Assembly: GCA_041695225.1 (NCBI GenBank)
Contig: JBGFRI010000025.1
Location: 1 to 64,000 of the forward strand
Reading direction: 5' to 3'
Length of the DNA: 64,000 nucleotides
Origin: Deinococcota bacterium
GTDB taxonomy: Bacteria > Deinococcota > Deinococci > Deinococcales > Thermaceae
The stretch's first letter is position 1. Every line of letters starts with the position of its first letter. The notes under the pieces were generated by a model that was not told the origin of the DNA, searched no databases, and worked only from the letters and a program-made list of their open reading frames with translations. This document shows positions 13,976 to 24,046 of this stretch, piece by piece. A program made the translations under genes and the position numbers.

Positions 13976-15195
13976 TAGCGCACTACCTCCAGCAGATCAC
14001 CGTTGTTCAGACTGGCGGGAACGGGAAATACGATTGAAGCACCAGAAGGGACTCCTCCAACCGCAGCCCGTGCCCCGGTATCGCCCAACACCTGTACCGT
14101 CTGACGCAGCGCCCGTGCATCTTGAACCAGATAAACGTAGGTGGTGCGCCCCTCGGTTTGCAGCGCCCCCGAGGGTATCAGGGTGCCCGTAGCCAGGGTC
14201 AGGGCATAGCTGACCTGTACGCTGGCCCCAGGGGGCAGGTTAGAGGTCACCCTGGCAGTGAGCTCTACCAGCCGGTCGGTTCCGGGAACCTGGCTGCTGC
14301 GGCCTATGGTGGCCGGATAGCTCTGCCCGCCATGCAACAACGAGACCCTGCTACCCGCAGGCAGTACAGCGGCATCCTCGGGCGGCAGACGAAACCTGGC
14401 CTCGAGGCTCGAGGTGTCTGCCAGGCGGAAGGCCCGCTGCCCGGCAGCCACAAACTCGCCGGGGTTGAGAAACACCTCCGCCACCACACCGGCAAAAGGC
14501 GCCCTTACCTGGGTCTCGCTCAGGGCCCGCTGGGCCTGGGCATGCTGGTTCTGGGCTTGTTGCACCTGGATGCGCAGCAGGGCCAGCTCCTCGCTGGAGG
14601 CGCGCTGGGTGCGGGCCAGGTTTTCGCCCGCGCTGTCGGCGGCGGCCCTGGCCTGCTGGTAAGCGGCCTCGAGGCCGGTCAGCTCGACATAGGCAATGGC
14701 CCCTGCCCGGAAGAGTTCCTGGCCCTCGGTGTAGCGCTGGCGTGCTGCCCTCAGGCTGGCCTGAGCCGACTCGAGGCTGGCCTGCAAGGGGCCCAGCGAG
14801 CCCGAGGTGGTGCGCTCGGTGCGCTTTAGGTTGATCTGGGCTTGCATCAAGGCTAGCTCTGCATTGCTGACCGCAGTCTGGGCACTGGCCGGGTCCAGGC
14901 GCAGGACCACCTGCCCCCGGGCAACCCGGCTGCCATCCTGTACCAAAATCTCTATCACCCGGCCCGAAGCGGTAGCGCCAACCTGGCTCTCTCGCACAGG
15001 AAAGATGGTGGCGCTGGTAACTCGATTGGCAACTAGAGGGCCCAACTCGGCCTGGATGGTCCGCACCCTTATGCCGGTAGCGGCCTGGGCCTCAGGCGTG
15101 GCGGGGGTCTGGGCTGGCTGACGAGGGCCACAGCCCACCAGCGCTAACCCCAGTAGCAGCCCCAAAAGCAACGTACCCCTAAGCCTGCCAGTCAT
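13975..15195 (-). CDS. RND periplasmic adaptor (lipoprotein)
   Basis: LVGC lipobox; SGRV...GSRV and VRAPFAGVV lipoyl-like halves; coiled coil. Confidence 0.92.
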   Translation of the reverse strand: MTGRLRGTLLLGLLLGLALVGCGPRQPAQTPATPEAQAATGIRVRTIQAELGPLVANRVTSATIFPVRESQVGATASGRVIEILVQDGSRVARGQVVLRLDPASAQTAVSNAELALMQAQINLKRTERTTSGSLGPLQASLESAQASLRAARQRYTEGQELFRAGAIAYVELTGLEAAYQQARAAADSAGENLARTQRASSEELALLRIQVQQAQNQHAQAQRALSETQVRAPFAGVVAEVFLNPGEFVAAGQRAFRLADTSSLEARFRLPPEDAAVLPAGSRVSLLHGGQSYPATIGRSSQVPGTDRLVELTARVTSNLPPGASVQVSYALTLATGTLIPSGALQTEGRTTYVYLVQDARALRQTVQVLGDTGARAAVGGVPSGASIVFPVPASLNNGDLLEVVR

Positions 15196-16187
15196 CAGCG
15201 GCCTCCAGTGAGCAGGCTGTAATAGGCCCGCCAGTAGCTGCTCTGGGCCTGCTGGGCGGCCAGCTCGGCCTGAATACTGGCCAGTTCGGCCTGTAAAAAG
15301 GCCACCGTGCTAATCAGACCTGCCTCCAGCCGCCTTCTTTCGGCGGCCAGGGCCTCGGTGGCGGTGGCCAGGGCAGCCTGTTGAATGCCCAGCGAGCGGC
15401 CTGCGGCTTGCAGATTTTGCAGCAGCGAGTCGTACTGTATGCCCAGGCCCCGCTCGGTCTCGCGGGCGGCTTCGCGGGCCTGAAGGGCCCGGGCGGTGGC
15501 TGCCTCAATCTCGGCCCGAGCGGCAAAACTGGGGTCCAGCAGCTCAGCCTGTAGGCTGGCCAGCTCGGCCCGCTGGCGGGCCTGGAGCAGGTCGGGGTTG
15601 CTTTCCAGCAGCTCACGCACTCTGCCGGCCTCGGGCAGGGCAGGCGGGGTGGGTAAAGGCGAAACTGAACCAAACCCGCCCACCAGGCTGCGCAGGGCGC
15701 TTTGGGCCAGGGCCAGGCCAGTCTCGGCCCGGGTGGCGTTGCTGCGGGCCTCGTCCAGGCGGTTTTGCGCGTTGCGCACGTCCAGGGCGGTACCCGAGCC
15801 ATTGCGCTGCCGGATCTGGGCAATCTCCAGGCCCCGGCTGGCAATTTCCAGGCCCTTCTGGGCCAGCCGGAGCTGTATCTGGGCCTCCAGCACCTGGGCA
15901 TAGGCTCCCACAATGCTGCTTCTGGCCTGGTTCACCGCTCGATCCAGACTGGCCTGCGCCAGGGTTGCGCGCTGCTCGGCCTGGATCCGGCCGGGCCTGG
16001 TCAGCAGTGGGTCGGCCAGGAGCCGTTGCAGGTTTGTCCTGGCATCATCGAGCTCGGCTCTGGCTGCCACTACCGGGGCTTGCTCACCTGCTCTGGCCAG
16101 GGCAGCCTCCAGGGTCAGACTCTGGGCCAGGGCCAGGGTGAATAAGGTCGGCACACTCAGGAGTATGGGTACAAACCGTCTCATCAA
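15195..16187 (-). CDS. TolC-like outer-membrane efflux protein (short)
   Basis: Signal peptide; repeated helical OEP pattern (GSGTALDV, AGLISTVAF); RND operon context. Confidence 0.75.
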   Translation of the reverse strand: MMRRFVPILLSVPTLFTLALAQSLTLEAALARAGEQAPVVAARAELDDARTNLQRLLADPLLTRPGRIQAEQRATLAQASLDRAVNQARSSIVGAYAQVLEAQIQLRLAQKGLEIASRGLEIAQIRQRNGSGTALDVRNAQNRLDEARSNATRAETGLALAQSALRSLVGGFGSVSPLPTPPALPEAGRVRELLESNPDLLQARQRAELASLQAELLDPSFAARAEIEAATARALQAREAARETERGLGIQYDSLLQNLQAAGRSLGIQQAALATATEALAAERRRLEAGLISTVAFLQAELASIQAELAAQQAQSSYWRAYYSLLTGGR

Positions 16188-17500
16188 TTTACCTCACTAG
16201 GCGGAAGGGCAAAAAACCGGTACAGATCCAGAAGCCGCTGGGTTCGACCCAGTTCTGCCTGGTGAACTGTCAGACTGGCCTGAGCCAGGGCCAGTTCGGC
16301 TTGCAGTGTGGCCAGGGGGCTGGCCAGGCCCAGGCGCTCGCGTTCGCGGGCCTCGCTAAGACTGCGCTCGGCATCCAGGCGCGACTTAAGAGCGTTTTGC
16401 AGGCTTAGCTCGGCGGTTTGCAGTGACGAACGCAGCAGGTCTTCTTGCAACCGGCTGCTACGGTGGGCAGCCTCGAGGGCCTGCCGCGCAGCATCCACCT
16501 GCTTTTGTGCGGCCTGAAGCGCGTCCACCACGCCGAAGGCGATGCTGGCTGACAGCCCGATTTGCAGGGTTCCCACCACCCGGTCCTGTGGGGCAGTGCG
16601 GCCCTGGGACTGGTTGGTGAAGCCCAGGCTGGGCTGGAGGGTGCGTGAGTTGAGCGAGAGCGACCAGGAGTCGTTTGGCGAGGTGTTGCGGGTATAGCTG
16701 CCCTGCACCACCGGCAAAACCCCGCGAACTGCCCGCTCGAAAGCAGTCCGGGCATTCATAAGCTGCAGCTCGGCCTGCCGTACCATTGGTGGGGTTGTAT
16801 GGGCAGGAGCAGCCAGTGGCGGCGGGTCAGCCCGGCCCTGGCCTATCAGGTCGGCCAGGCTCTGTCGGGCCAGGCTCAGATTGCGTTCGGCGTCGGACTG
16901 CTGATGGAGGGCCTGCCGCAGGCTGGCCTCCGCCTGGCGTACTTCGCTTGGGCTGGCTGCTCCGCGGCCCTCGCGTAGCCTGGTGGCCTCGAGGCTGGCC
17001 TGGGCCAGGCGTTGACCCAGACGGGCCAGTTCCAGCCCCGACTCGGCCAGTCGTAAGCGCCAAGCTGCTTCTATGGCCTGAGCCTGAAGCTGGGTGCGGG
17101 CCTGGCGCAGACCTAGCCGGGCCTGCTCAACCCCAATTGCCGCCTGGTTTACTGCATCCGCAACATCGCCAAAGGGAAAAGGCGTAAAGGTTAGGCCAAG
17201 GGTAATTTGCCTAGCCTCGCCCGGAAGGTTAGCGCAGCGCGGGTCGAGGGGATTGGGACAGACCGGCGCCAAGGGCGGCGGGGTAACTTCGAACAACGAG
17301 ACCCCCCCTTGTGCTTGCAGGCTTAGCGGGCTCTGGGTAGCCCGCAGCTGGGCCTGGGCGGCCTCGAGGGCCAGGTAAGCCTGTAATACTGTGGGATGAT
17401 GCTCCAGTGGGGCAAAGAAGTCCTGTGCCATGCCTGGACTGGGCCAGCCGGGTAACACCAGACCAAGCAGAAGCCACCCTCCCAGACGAGCCAGACTCAT
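16184..17500 (-). CDS. TolC-like outer-membrane efflux protein
   Basis: Signal peptide; OEP repeats (GAASPSEV, GLASPLAT) plus amphipathic beta strands. Confidence 0.78.
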   Translation of the reverse strand: MSLARLGGWLLLGLVLPGWPSPGMAQDFFAPLEHHPTVLQAYLALEAAQAQLRATQSPLSLQAQGGVSLFEVTPPPLAPVCPNPLDPRCANLPGEARQITLGLTFTPFPFGDVADAVNQAAIGVEQARLGLRQARTQLQAQAIEAAWRLRLAESGLELARLGQRLAQASLEATRLREGRGAASPSEVRQAEASLRQALHQQSDAERNLSLARQSLADLIGQGRADPPPLAAPAHTTPPMVRQAELQLMNARTAFERAVRGVLPVVQGSYTRNTSPNDSWSLSLNSRTLQPSLGFTNQSQGRTAPQDRVVGTLQIGLSASIAFGVVDALQAAQKQVDAARQALEAAHRSSRLQEDLLRSSLQTAELSLQNALKSRLDAERSLSEARERERLGLASPLATLQAELALAQASLTVHQAELGRTQRLLDLYRFFALPPSEVN

Positions 17501-17967
17501 GGCTCCACCACCCCAGCAGAGGAGGGTACTTCCTTAGGTATAACTGGCTCGGTCAGTTTGCGATAACTCTGGGTAAGCAGGCCCAGTTCTTCGGGGCTCA
17601 GCCGGGCATAGCGTTCGCGTGAGACCTCCCTCCAGTTTGCTCGCATCTGCGCCAGGAGATCTTCACCGGCCGCGGTTAGAAAAATGCGCACTTTGCGCTT
17701 GTTGCTGGTGTCGAGCTCACGTCTGACCAGGCCGCGCTCTTCCAGGCCCGCCAGCAGCTGCGAGACCCCCGAGGGCGAGGCATCCATCACGAAGGCTAGG
17801 CTCGAGGGCTGATCAATCCCATCGGAAATGCACATCAGCGAAAAGGCCTGCATGGGCGAAAGCCCGGTGCTCTCGAGAGCTTTTTGTTGATCCAGCCGCA
17901 TCTGCCAGACTAAATGGGTCGAGAGTTCCCACAACTGGTCTAGCGCTTGGTCTAGGGTAAACTTCAT
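17497..17967 (-). CDS. MarR family transcriptional regulator
   Basis: wHTH with LEERGLVRR...KRKVRIFLT; first gene of the efflux operon. Confidence 0.92.
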   Translation of the reverse strand: MKFTLDQALDQLWELSTHLVWQMRLDQQKALESTGLSPMQAFSLMCISDGIDQPSSLAFVMDASPSGVSQLLAGLEERGLVRRELDTSNKRKVRIFLTAAGEDLLAQMRANWREVSRERYARLSPEELGLLTQSYRKLTEPVIPKEVPSSAGVVEP

Positions 17968-18473
17968 ACGTATGAAATATTAGGATAACTAACGATTACC
18001 AAAAGAATCACTCGCTACAGTACTCACATAGGCCCAGTCCAGTTTGTTGGACCATCAGGGTAGTGACATAAAGGAGCCCTAAAGGAGTTGGCGACAGTGG
18101 CTGGCTTTTTGTCAATGGGCCCAGTTCAAACTTTTGGCCGGCCAGAGGTAGCGATCCCGAATTTTTGGCCTCTGGTTTAGCTATTGGCAGCCTCTATGGG
18201 AATAGCCTGGAACGTCAGCACTAACCTTATGGATGATGGCTAACACAATAGGCTTGTCCCTGAACCCCGCGTAGGTCGGAGTACTGCGCCCTGACTGTTC
18301 CGCGTGGCAGACGGTATGAAGGATTGACAAACCTTGTGTAACCTCGGCTATGTAAAAGTCGGGCCTCCACCGGCCCAGACTTGAAAATTACCTGCCCGGA
18401 TGACATAAAGGGGCAGGCCTCTTTCCAGCTATACCTGGCTCTTACTTTTTGTCAGGACATGGTATGCTTCTGG

Positions 18474-18845
18474 ATGAAGATGGCGGAGAAAACTTATGAA
18501 GAACGGGAGATGATTCTTGAGCTCTTCCCTGGAACTTCCCCTGAGCTGCTGCCTCCGGGGGAAGTGCTATATTACCGTGATAAGGGGGGGCGGGTGCATA
18601 TCGTCGAAGCCCCGGTTGGTCTGGTGCTCGAGCCGCTGGAGCCTTTTAGCAGTACTGCTCCCATCATTTGTGAGGCCTGCTTGCGCCATGTCTCCCGCTC
18701 GGCAGCAGAGTTTTTCCGTTTTGGGGTGGGCAAAAACCAGCGGCACTTTCGGTATCTGGCCCTGTGCCGCGACACCGATAGCTGTGCTGGGGCCGCTCGG
18801 CCGGAGCGTTTGAGAGAAATCCTATTTAGGGGTATACTGCCTTGA
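18474..18845 (+). CDS. Hypothetical protein with putative 4-Cys zinc finger
   Basis: CEAC...CRDTDSC; start placed at the ATG after TGGTATGCT (extended -10) rather than the ORF-track TTG. Confidence 0.65.
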   Translation: MKMAEKTYEEREMILELFPGTSPELLPPGEVLYYRDKGGRVHIVEAPVGLVLEPLEPFSSTAPIICEACLRHVSRSAAEFFRFGVGKNQRHFRYLALCRDTDSCAGAARPERLREILFRGILP

Positions 18846-19001
18846 GTGGTAGTTGGGCAAAACCAGGCTCGGCAAAGATACAGCCGGGCCTATTCCTTAG
18901 CCCCTGGGCTCGTCTTTGGTGAATCTCAGAACGATGATGCAGCACCATGAGCGCAAAATAGGGGCGCTCGAGCGGTACCATAAGCAGTTTCAGGAGGCCG
19001 G

Positions 19002-19475
19002 ATGGCACGCGAAGTCAAACTCACAAAATCTGGTTATGAACGTCTGGTGGCCGAGCTAGAGCAAGAGCGGGCCCGGCTACAGGATGCTACCCGTATTCTG
19101 CAGGAACTCATGGAGTCGTCCGATGACTACGACGACTCCGGGCTAGAAGATGCCAAGCGTGAAAAAGCCCGCATCGAGGCTCGCATTGACTCCCTGACTG
19201 ACACCCTCTCCCGCGCCGAAATTCTGGAAGAGGAGGGTAACCGGGTGAACGTGGTTAGCCTGGGCGCCATTGTCAGGCTAAAGTCCAAGGAGGGAGACCA
19301 CATGGAGGTGCAGGTAGTGGCTCCAGTCGAGGCCAGCGTCCTCGAGCGCCCCATGAAAATTTCCGACGAAAGCCCGCTGGGCAAGGCCCTGCTGGGCCAG
19401 AAGGTAGGTTCGAAAGTGATGCTCGAGACCCCCAAGGGCAAGAAGGAATTTAAAGTAGAGATGGTAAAACACTGA
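19002..19475 (+). CDS. gfh1: Gre-factor homolog Gfh1 (RNA polymerase secondary-channel inhibitor)
   Basis: MAREVKLTK start; DDYDDSG coiled-coil tip in place of GreA GDLSEN; ISDESPLG. Confidence 0.9.
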   Translation: MAREVKLTKSGYERLVAELEQERARLQDATRILQELMESSDDYDDSGLEDAKREKARIEARIDSLTDTLSRAEILEEEGNRVNVVSLGAIVRLKSKEGDHMEVQVVAPVEASVLERPMKISDESPLGKALLGQKVGSKVMLETPKGKKEFKVEMVKH

Positions 19476-19738
19476 CTGCACTGTAACTTACCGGGTATCT
19501 CCAAGCCCTAAAGTCTATCAGGTCGCCAAACCGCCAGCACGTTATCCAGCTCATAGCCAAGACCGGCTCGAGGCCCACAAAGGCTGCAAAAACTTAGCCA
19601 GAGCCAGGTTCTTGGCAAGCGTGCTACGGCGTAGTAATTGGCCCTACCCGGTGTAATGCTTGACCCTGCAGTTACGCTCAGAGCAAGCCTCAGGGCAGCT
19701 TCTTTCGGCAAGGTCACCTCAGAATGAACTCACTCTCG

Positions 19739-20252
19739 CGTCATTGCGACCCCTTCGACAAGCCCTCGGCCTGAGGGGCCTCGGCCCGAAGGCTCAGGGC
19801 GGTGCCTGAGGAGTAGCCGAAGGGGAAGCAACCCAGATCACCCCGTCGGTCAAGTTGCGTTTACCTCCTCCTGGATTGCCCAGTTGGCCTATGACGTCCT
19901 AGTGGGGGAGCGTGTGGCTGATGGGCTGGACGAGCTTCTCCTGGATTGCTTCGTCGGCCCAGAGGCCTCCTCGCAATGACGGGGGATTTTCGTCATCGCG
20001 AGCGTAGTGAAGCAATCCAGATCACCTCGGCGACCAGAGTGCTTTTACACTCCTCCTGGATATCGTCGTCGGCCCAAGGGCCTCCTCGCCATGACGGGTA
20101 ATGGGGCCTGTGTCCTCCTAACGATAACGGCATGAACAGGGTTTTTCGTCATGGCAAGCGGAGCGAAGCAATCCAGATCAACTAGCGGCTTATGGGCTGT
20201 ACGACCCTCCGGTGGACTGCTTTGTTAGTCCTATGAGCTTCTGGTAATGACG
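19739..20252 (+). repeat. Cluster of three palindromic REP/MITE-like units
   Basis: Units 19739-19981, 19991-20096 and 20147-20252; each runs CGTCATyGCrAGCG..GAAGCAATCCAGATCA to ..CTGGAYTGCTTCGTCGG..AATGACG with variable divergence. Confidence 0.88.
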
Positions 20253-20380
20253 GGTTCTGTTTGCACAGTGTCGCTAAACACGAAACTACCCCTTCTTGCT
20301 CTGGTCTGACCGGGACTAATGCCAGTGCCGCACCGCGGTCTGCTCATTCGTTATAATCGAACAGTTTGTTTTGGAGCGAT

Positions 20381-21889
20381 ATGCCCGAATTTAGCGAGCA
20401 AACCCAACAGCGTTTAGCCAACCGCGAAGCCCTGGTCGAGGCCGGATTCGAGCGCTTCCCCTACCGCTACCCCAAGACCCACGACGCGGTAGAGATTTTG
20501 CAGGCCCACGCTGGAGCAGGCCCACAAGAGGAATGGCCCGACCAGAAGGTGCGGGTAGCGGGCCGCCTGATGACCTTCCGCCACATGGGCAAGGCCAGCT
20601 TTGCCCATGTGCAGGACGGGTCGGGCCGGATTCAACTCTACCTGGCCCGCGATGTTACCAGACACTACGACCTGATCAAGAAACTCGACATTGGCGACAT
20701 CGTGGGGTTTGAAGGCACAGTTTTCACCACCAAAACTGGCGAGATTACCATCAAGGTCGAACAGTTCACCCCTCTGGTCAAGGCGCTACATCCCCTGCCC
20801 GATAAGTGGCATGGCATCCGCGACATAGAGACCCGTTACCGCCAGCGGTATCTGGACCTGATTCAAAACCCCGAGGTGCGCGAGGTTTTCCGCACCCGCA
20901 GCCGCATGGTACGGTATATCCGAGATTTCTTTGACCAACACGGGTTCTTAGAAGTAGAAGGCCCCACCCTGCAGGCCATTGCGGGCGGCACCGAAGCCAG
21001 GCCCTTCAAGACTTTTCACAAAGCCCTGGATCACGAGTTTAGCCTGCGCATAGCCCTCGAGCTTCCCCTCAAGCGATTGCTGGTGGGTGGCTTCGAGAAG
21101 GTTTTTGAAATTGGCCGCAACTACCGTAACGAGGGGATCTCTCTCAAGCACAACCCCGAGTTCACCATGCTAGAAGCCTACTGGGCCTATGCCGATTACA
21201 ACGATATGATGGCCCTGATCGAAGACCTGCTTAGCGGGCTGGTTCAGCACCTGCGCGGCAGTACCAGGGTGCAGTATGGTGAGCACTTAATTGACTTTTC
21301 CAAGCCGTTTCGCCGACTGGACTTCGTCACCAGCCTCAAGGAAAAAGCTGGGCTAGACTTCGACCCCACCGATTTAGAGCGCCTACGGGCCTGGGCCGAT
21401 GTGCAACACCCCGAGCTGCGAGGTGTACCCAGCTACAAGCTACTGGACAAGCTATTTGGGCAGTATGTGGAGCACACCCTTATCCAGCCCACCTATGTGG
21501 TGGATCTACCACTGGCCATCAGCCCCCTGGTCAAGCGCCACCGCGACCCCGCTAAGACCCGCATCGCCGAACGCGCCGACTTGTATGTGGCCGGGTTTGA
21601 GATTTCCCCCATCTACTCAGAACTAAACGATGCCCTCGACCAGCGTGAACGCTTTAAGGAACAGGCGAGCCGCCGTGAGGCCGGCGACGACGAAGAGCCT
21701 GAGCAAGACGAAGACTTTCTGCTGGCCCTGGAGTATGGGATGCCGCCCGCAGCCGGAATGGGTCTGGGCATAGATCGTCTGGCCATGATAATGACCAACC
21801 AGGATAGTATCCGCGAGGTGATTCTGTTCCCGCTACTAAAGCCACGCAAAGCAGGTGAAGGGGACGCGGATAGCACCGAAGAAGAGTAA
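20381..21889 (+). CDS. lysS: Lysine--tRNA ligase (class II)
   Basis: [25 protein letters not shown] and [16 protein letters not shown] motifs. Confidence 0.97.
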   Translation: MPEFSEQTQQRLANREALVEAGFERFPYRYPKTHDAVEILQAHAGAGPQEEWPDQKVRVAGRLMTFRHMGKASFAHVQDGSGRIQLYLARDVTRHYDLIKKLDIGDIVGFEGTVFTTKTGEITIKVEQFTPLVKALHPLPDKWHGIRDIETRYRQRYLDLIQNPEVREVFRTRSRMVRYIRDFFDQHGFLEVEGPTLQAIAGGTEARPFKTFHKALDHEFSLRIALELPLKRLLVGGFEKVFEIGRNYRNEGISLKHNPEFTMLEAYWAYADYNDMMALIEDLLSGLVQHLRGSTRVQYGEHLIDFSKPFRRLDFVTSLKEKAGLDFDPTDLERLRAWADVQHPELRGVPSYKLLDKLFGQYVEHTLIQPTYVVDLPLAISPLVKRHRDPAKTRIAERADLYVAGFEISPIYSELNDALDQRERFKEQASRREAGDDEEPEQDEDFLLALEYGMPPAAGMGLGIDRLAMIMTNQDSIREVILFPLLKPRKAGEGDADSTEEE

Positions 21890-22106
21890 GCCCCGAAGGC
21901 CTCGAGTATCGCCAAAAGGTCGGGCGGGCAGGTTTCTGGCTAAGCGCTCCAGCAAAGGGTATGTCAATGCCCACCATGTGGCATAGTGTGCCCGCAACCC
22001 AGAGACTCACTTCCTGGGTTTAGCGAACTTGGTATGGTGCAATTTGTGGAAACGACATCGTCTTGGCCTTGGCTGGGAGGTTGAATGCGGTCTCCTGGCA
22101 CCAGGT

Positions 22107-22135
22107 TTGACTTTTGCGCGATTTGCATTTATTGT
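22107..22135 (+). promoter_or_regulatory. Sigma70-type promoter of the asd leader
   Basis: TTGACT (22107-12), 17 nt spacer, TATTGT (22130-35). Confidence 0.6.
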
Positions 22136-22144
22136 TTTGCACAG

Positions 22145-22171
22145 ATGGTTTGGTATACCACCACTACCTAG
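22145..22171 (+). CDS. Putative Thr-rich leader peptide MVWYTTTT
   Basis: ATG GTT TGG TAT ACC ACC ACT ACC TAG directly before attenuator-like hairpins and asd. Confidence 0.7.
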   Translation: MVWYTTTT

Positions 22172-22226
22172 GCGGCAGCTCAGCTGAGTTGTCGCCCCTG
22201 CCTGCCTATCTTGGCGGGTTTTTTGT
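22169..22226 (+). promoter_or_regulatory. Putative transcription attenuator (antiterminator/terminator)
   Basis: Hairpin 22171-22196; terminator CCTGCC-tatctt-GGCGGG-TTTTTT (22201-22224); TAGGC/GCCTA alternative pairing. Confidence 0.68.
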
Positions 22227-22244
22227 TTGCCAAAGGAGAGCGCC

Positions 22245-23243
22245 ATGAAGATCGGAATTGTTGGGGCTAGCGGGGCAGTAGGACAGGAACTGCTGAGGGT
22301 GCTGGAAAAGCGCAGCTTTCCCGTCTCGGAGTTGAGGCTTTATGCTTCGACCCGTTCGGCGGGCCAGAGCCTAAAGTTTTGCGGCAGGGAGGTAAGTATC
22401 GAGGCCTTGCCGGAAACTCCTTTGCCAGTAGACGTGGTGCTGGCCAGCGCAGGGGGTAGCATTTCCAAGCAGTATGCTCCCGTCTGGGCACAGCAGTCGG
22501 TAGTGATAGACAACTCCTCAGCCTTCCGCTACGACCCCGCTGTGCCGCTTATTGTCCCCGAGATCAACGCACACGCCATTCAAGGCCACAAAAATATCAT
22601 CGCCAACCCCAACTGCACCACGGCCATCCTGGTAATGGCGCTCTATCCGCTCCACAAGGCTTTTGTCGCCAAAAGGGTTGTCGTTAGCACCTACCAGAGC
22701 TCTTCGGGGGCGGGTGCTAGCGGCATGGAGGAGCTGCTACACGGAATCAGGCAGTACCTGGCTGGGCAGCCGGTCGAGCACAAAACCTTTGCCCATCCGC
22801 TGCCTTTTAACGTCATCCCGCACATTGACTCCTTCCAGGAAAATGGCTACACCAGAGAAGAGATGAAGGTGCTGTGGGAGACTCAGAAAATTATGGGAGA
22901 CTCACAAATTAAGGTGTCGTGTACGGCTGTGCGGGTTCCTACCCTGCGCGTACACTGCGAAGCCGTCACCGCAGAGTTTGAGCGGCCGGTTAGCCCCGAA
23001 GCCGCGCGGGAAGTGCTGTCGAGCGCACCTGGGGTGGATCTGGTGGACGACCCTGCCAACAAGCGCTACCCGCTGCCCCAGACCGCAACCGGCAAGTTCA
23101 ATGTAGAGGTGGGGCGAATTCGCAAAAACCTGGTGTTCGACAATGGCCTGGACTTTTTTGTAGCGGGCGATCAATTGCTCAAAGGAGCCGCACTGAATGC
23201 GGTGCAGATTGCAGAACTGCTGCATAAGCCGGCGGCCCGTTAG
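22245..23243 (+). CDS. asd: Aspartate-semialdehyde dehydrogenase
   Basis: GASGAVG, DNSSAFR, NPNCTT and [11 protein letters not shown] motifs; AAGGAG RBS. Confidence 0.97.
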   Translation: MKIGIVGASGAVGQELLRVLEKRSFPVSELRLYASTRSAGQSLKFCGREVSIEALPETPLPVDVVLASAGGSISKQYAPVWAQQSVVIDNSSAFRYDPAVPLIVPEINAHAIQGHKNIIANPNCTTAILVMALYPLHKAFVAKRVVVSTYQSSSGAGASGMEELLHGIRQYLAGQPVEHKTFAHPLPFNVIPHIDSFQENGYTREEMKVLWETQKIMGDSQIKVSCTAVRVPTLRVHCEAVTAEFERPVSPEAAREVLSSAPGVDLVDDPANKRYPLPQTATGKFNVEVGRIRKNLVFDNGLDFFVAGDQLLKGAALNAVQIAELLHKPAAR

Positions 23244-23416
23244 TCAGGCAGATGGGGTATAAATCCAGAAGTTCAAACGCCCAGAGCGCAGGGCTCGAGT
23301 GTTTCTTCAATGCTCTAAGCCGGAACTGCCTTACACCAGACTAGCCCTTGACCTTGGGCCATTCGTCACAACCAGCTACCGGCCATGGCCCGTATACTCA
23401 GCGCGGAGGTTATGTG

Positions 23417-23866
23417 ATGTCCAGACTTCTCATCCTTGTGGTTTTGTTGCTAACCCCGGCCTTTGCTCAGAGCTTTCAGGCCACCGCCGGCAGCCCTTTT
23501 GGGGTTAATGCGGCGATTCGCATGCCCCTGGTGCCTTTTTTGCTGGATGGCCGGGTTTATGCTGGCGCGAACTTCTTTACTGGCGGCCCTGCCTCGCTGG
23601 GTGGGGGCGCAGATCTGTTGGTACCGATACCCCTCACCGACCTCTATGCTGGGGCCGGGCTTTTTTATGCTACGGGTACCACCGTATCGTTGCTGGCCCA
23701 GGGTCCTGCCACTGGCGGTCTGGGTGCCAGGGCAGTACTTGGAACCTACCTTAACGTTGGCCTGCCCCTGATCGGGGTCTTTGTGGAGCTGCACCCCATG
23801 ATGTTTTTCTCCGGCCCCGGTACTTTTGGTCTGGGAGGTGCTATTGGCGTGAATATAGGGTTTTGA
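23417..23866 (+). CDS. Exported hypothetical protein, possible small outer-membrane beta-barrel
   Basis: GGAGG RBS; AFA signal peptide; Gly-rich amphipathic strands; C-terminal Phe. Confidence 0.7.
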   Translation: MSRLLILVVLLLTPAFAQSFQATAGSPFGVNAAIRMPLVPFLLDGRVYAGANFFTGGPASLGGGADLLVPIPLTDLYAGAGLFYATGTTVSLLAQGPATGGLGARAVLGTYLNVGLPLIGVFVELHPMMFFSGPGTFGLGGAIGVNIGF

Positions 23867-24046
23867 TGGTCCAAAGAATGCTATTGCGTCGCTCTGGGCT
23901 GGCTTTACGCCGGCCCCGGTCTTTTTGGAAACCCCTGTCCAGAAGTAATCTGTGTCAAGCCAGGTAAACTTCTGGGTACTGCCGCAGTGTAGCGGTAATG
24001 GGGTGTGGAAGCCAAAAGGCCTAACTCACTCAACCAGCCGCGGCCT

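Noticed and set aside
19739..20252. Possible CRISPR array (repeat-spacer appearance)
   Set aside because: Repeats are long paired inverted arms, degenerate and irregularly spaced; no cas genes or leader nearby.
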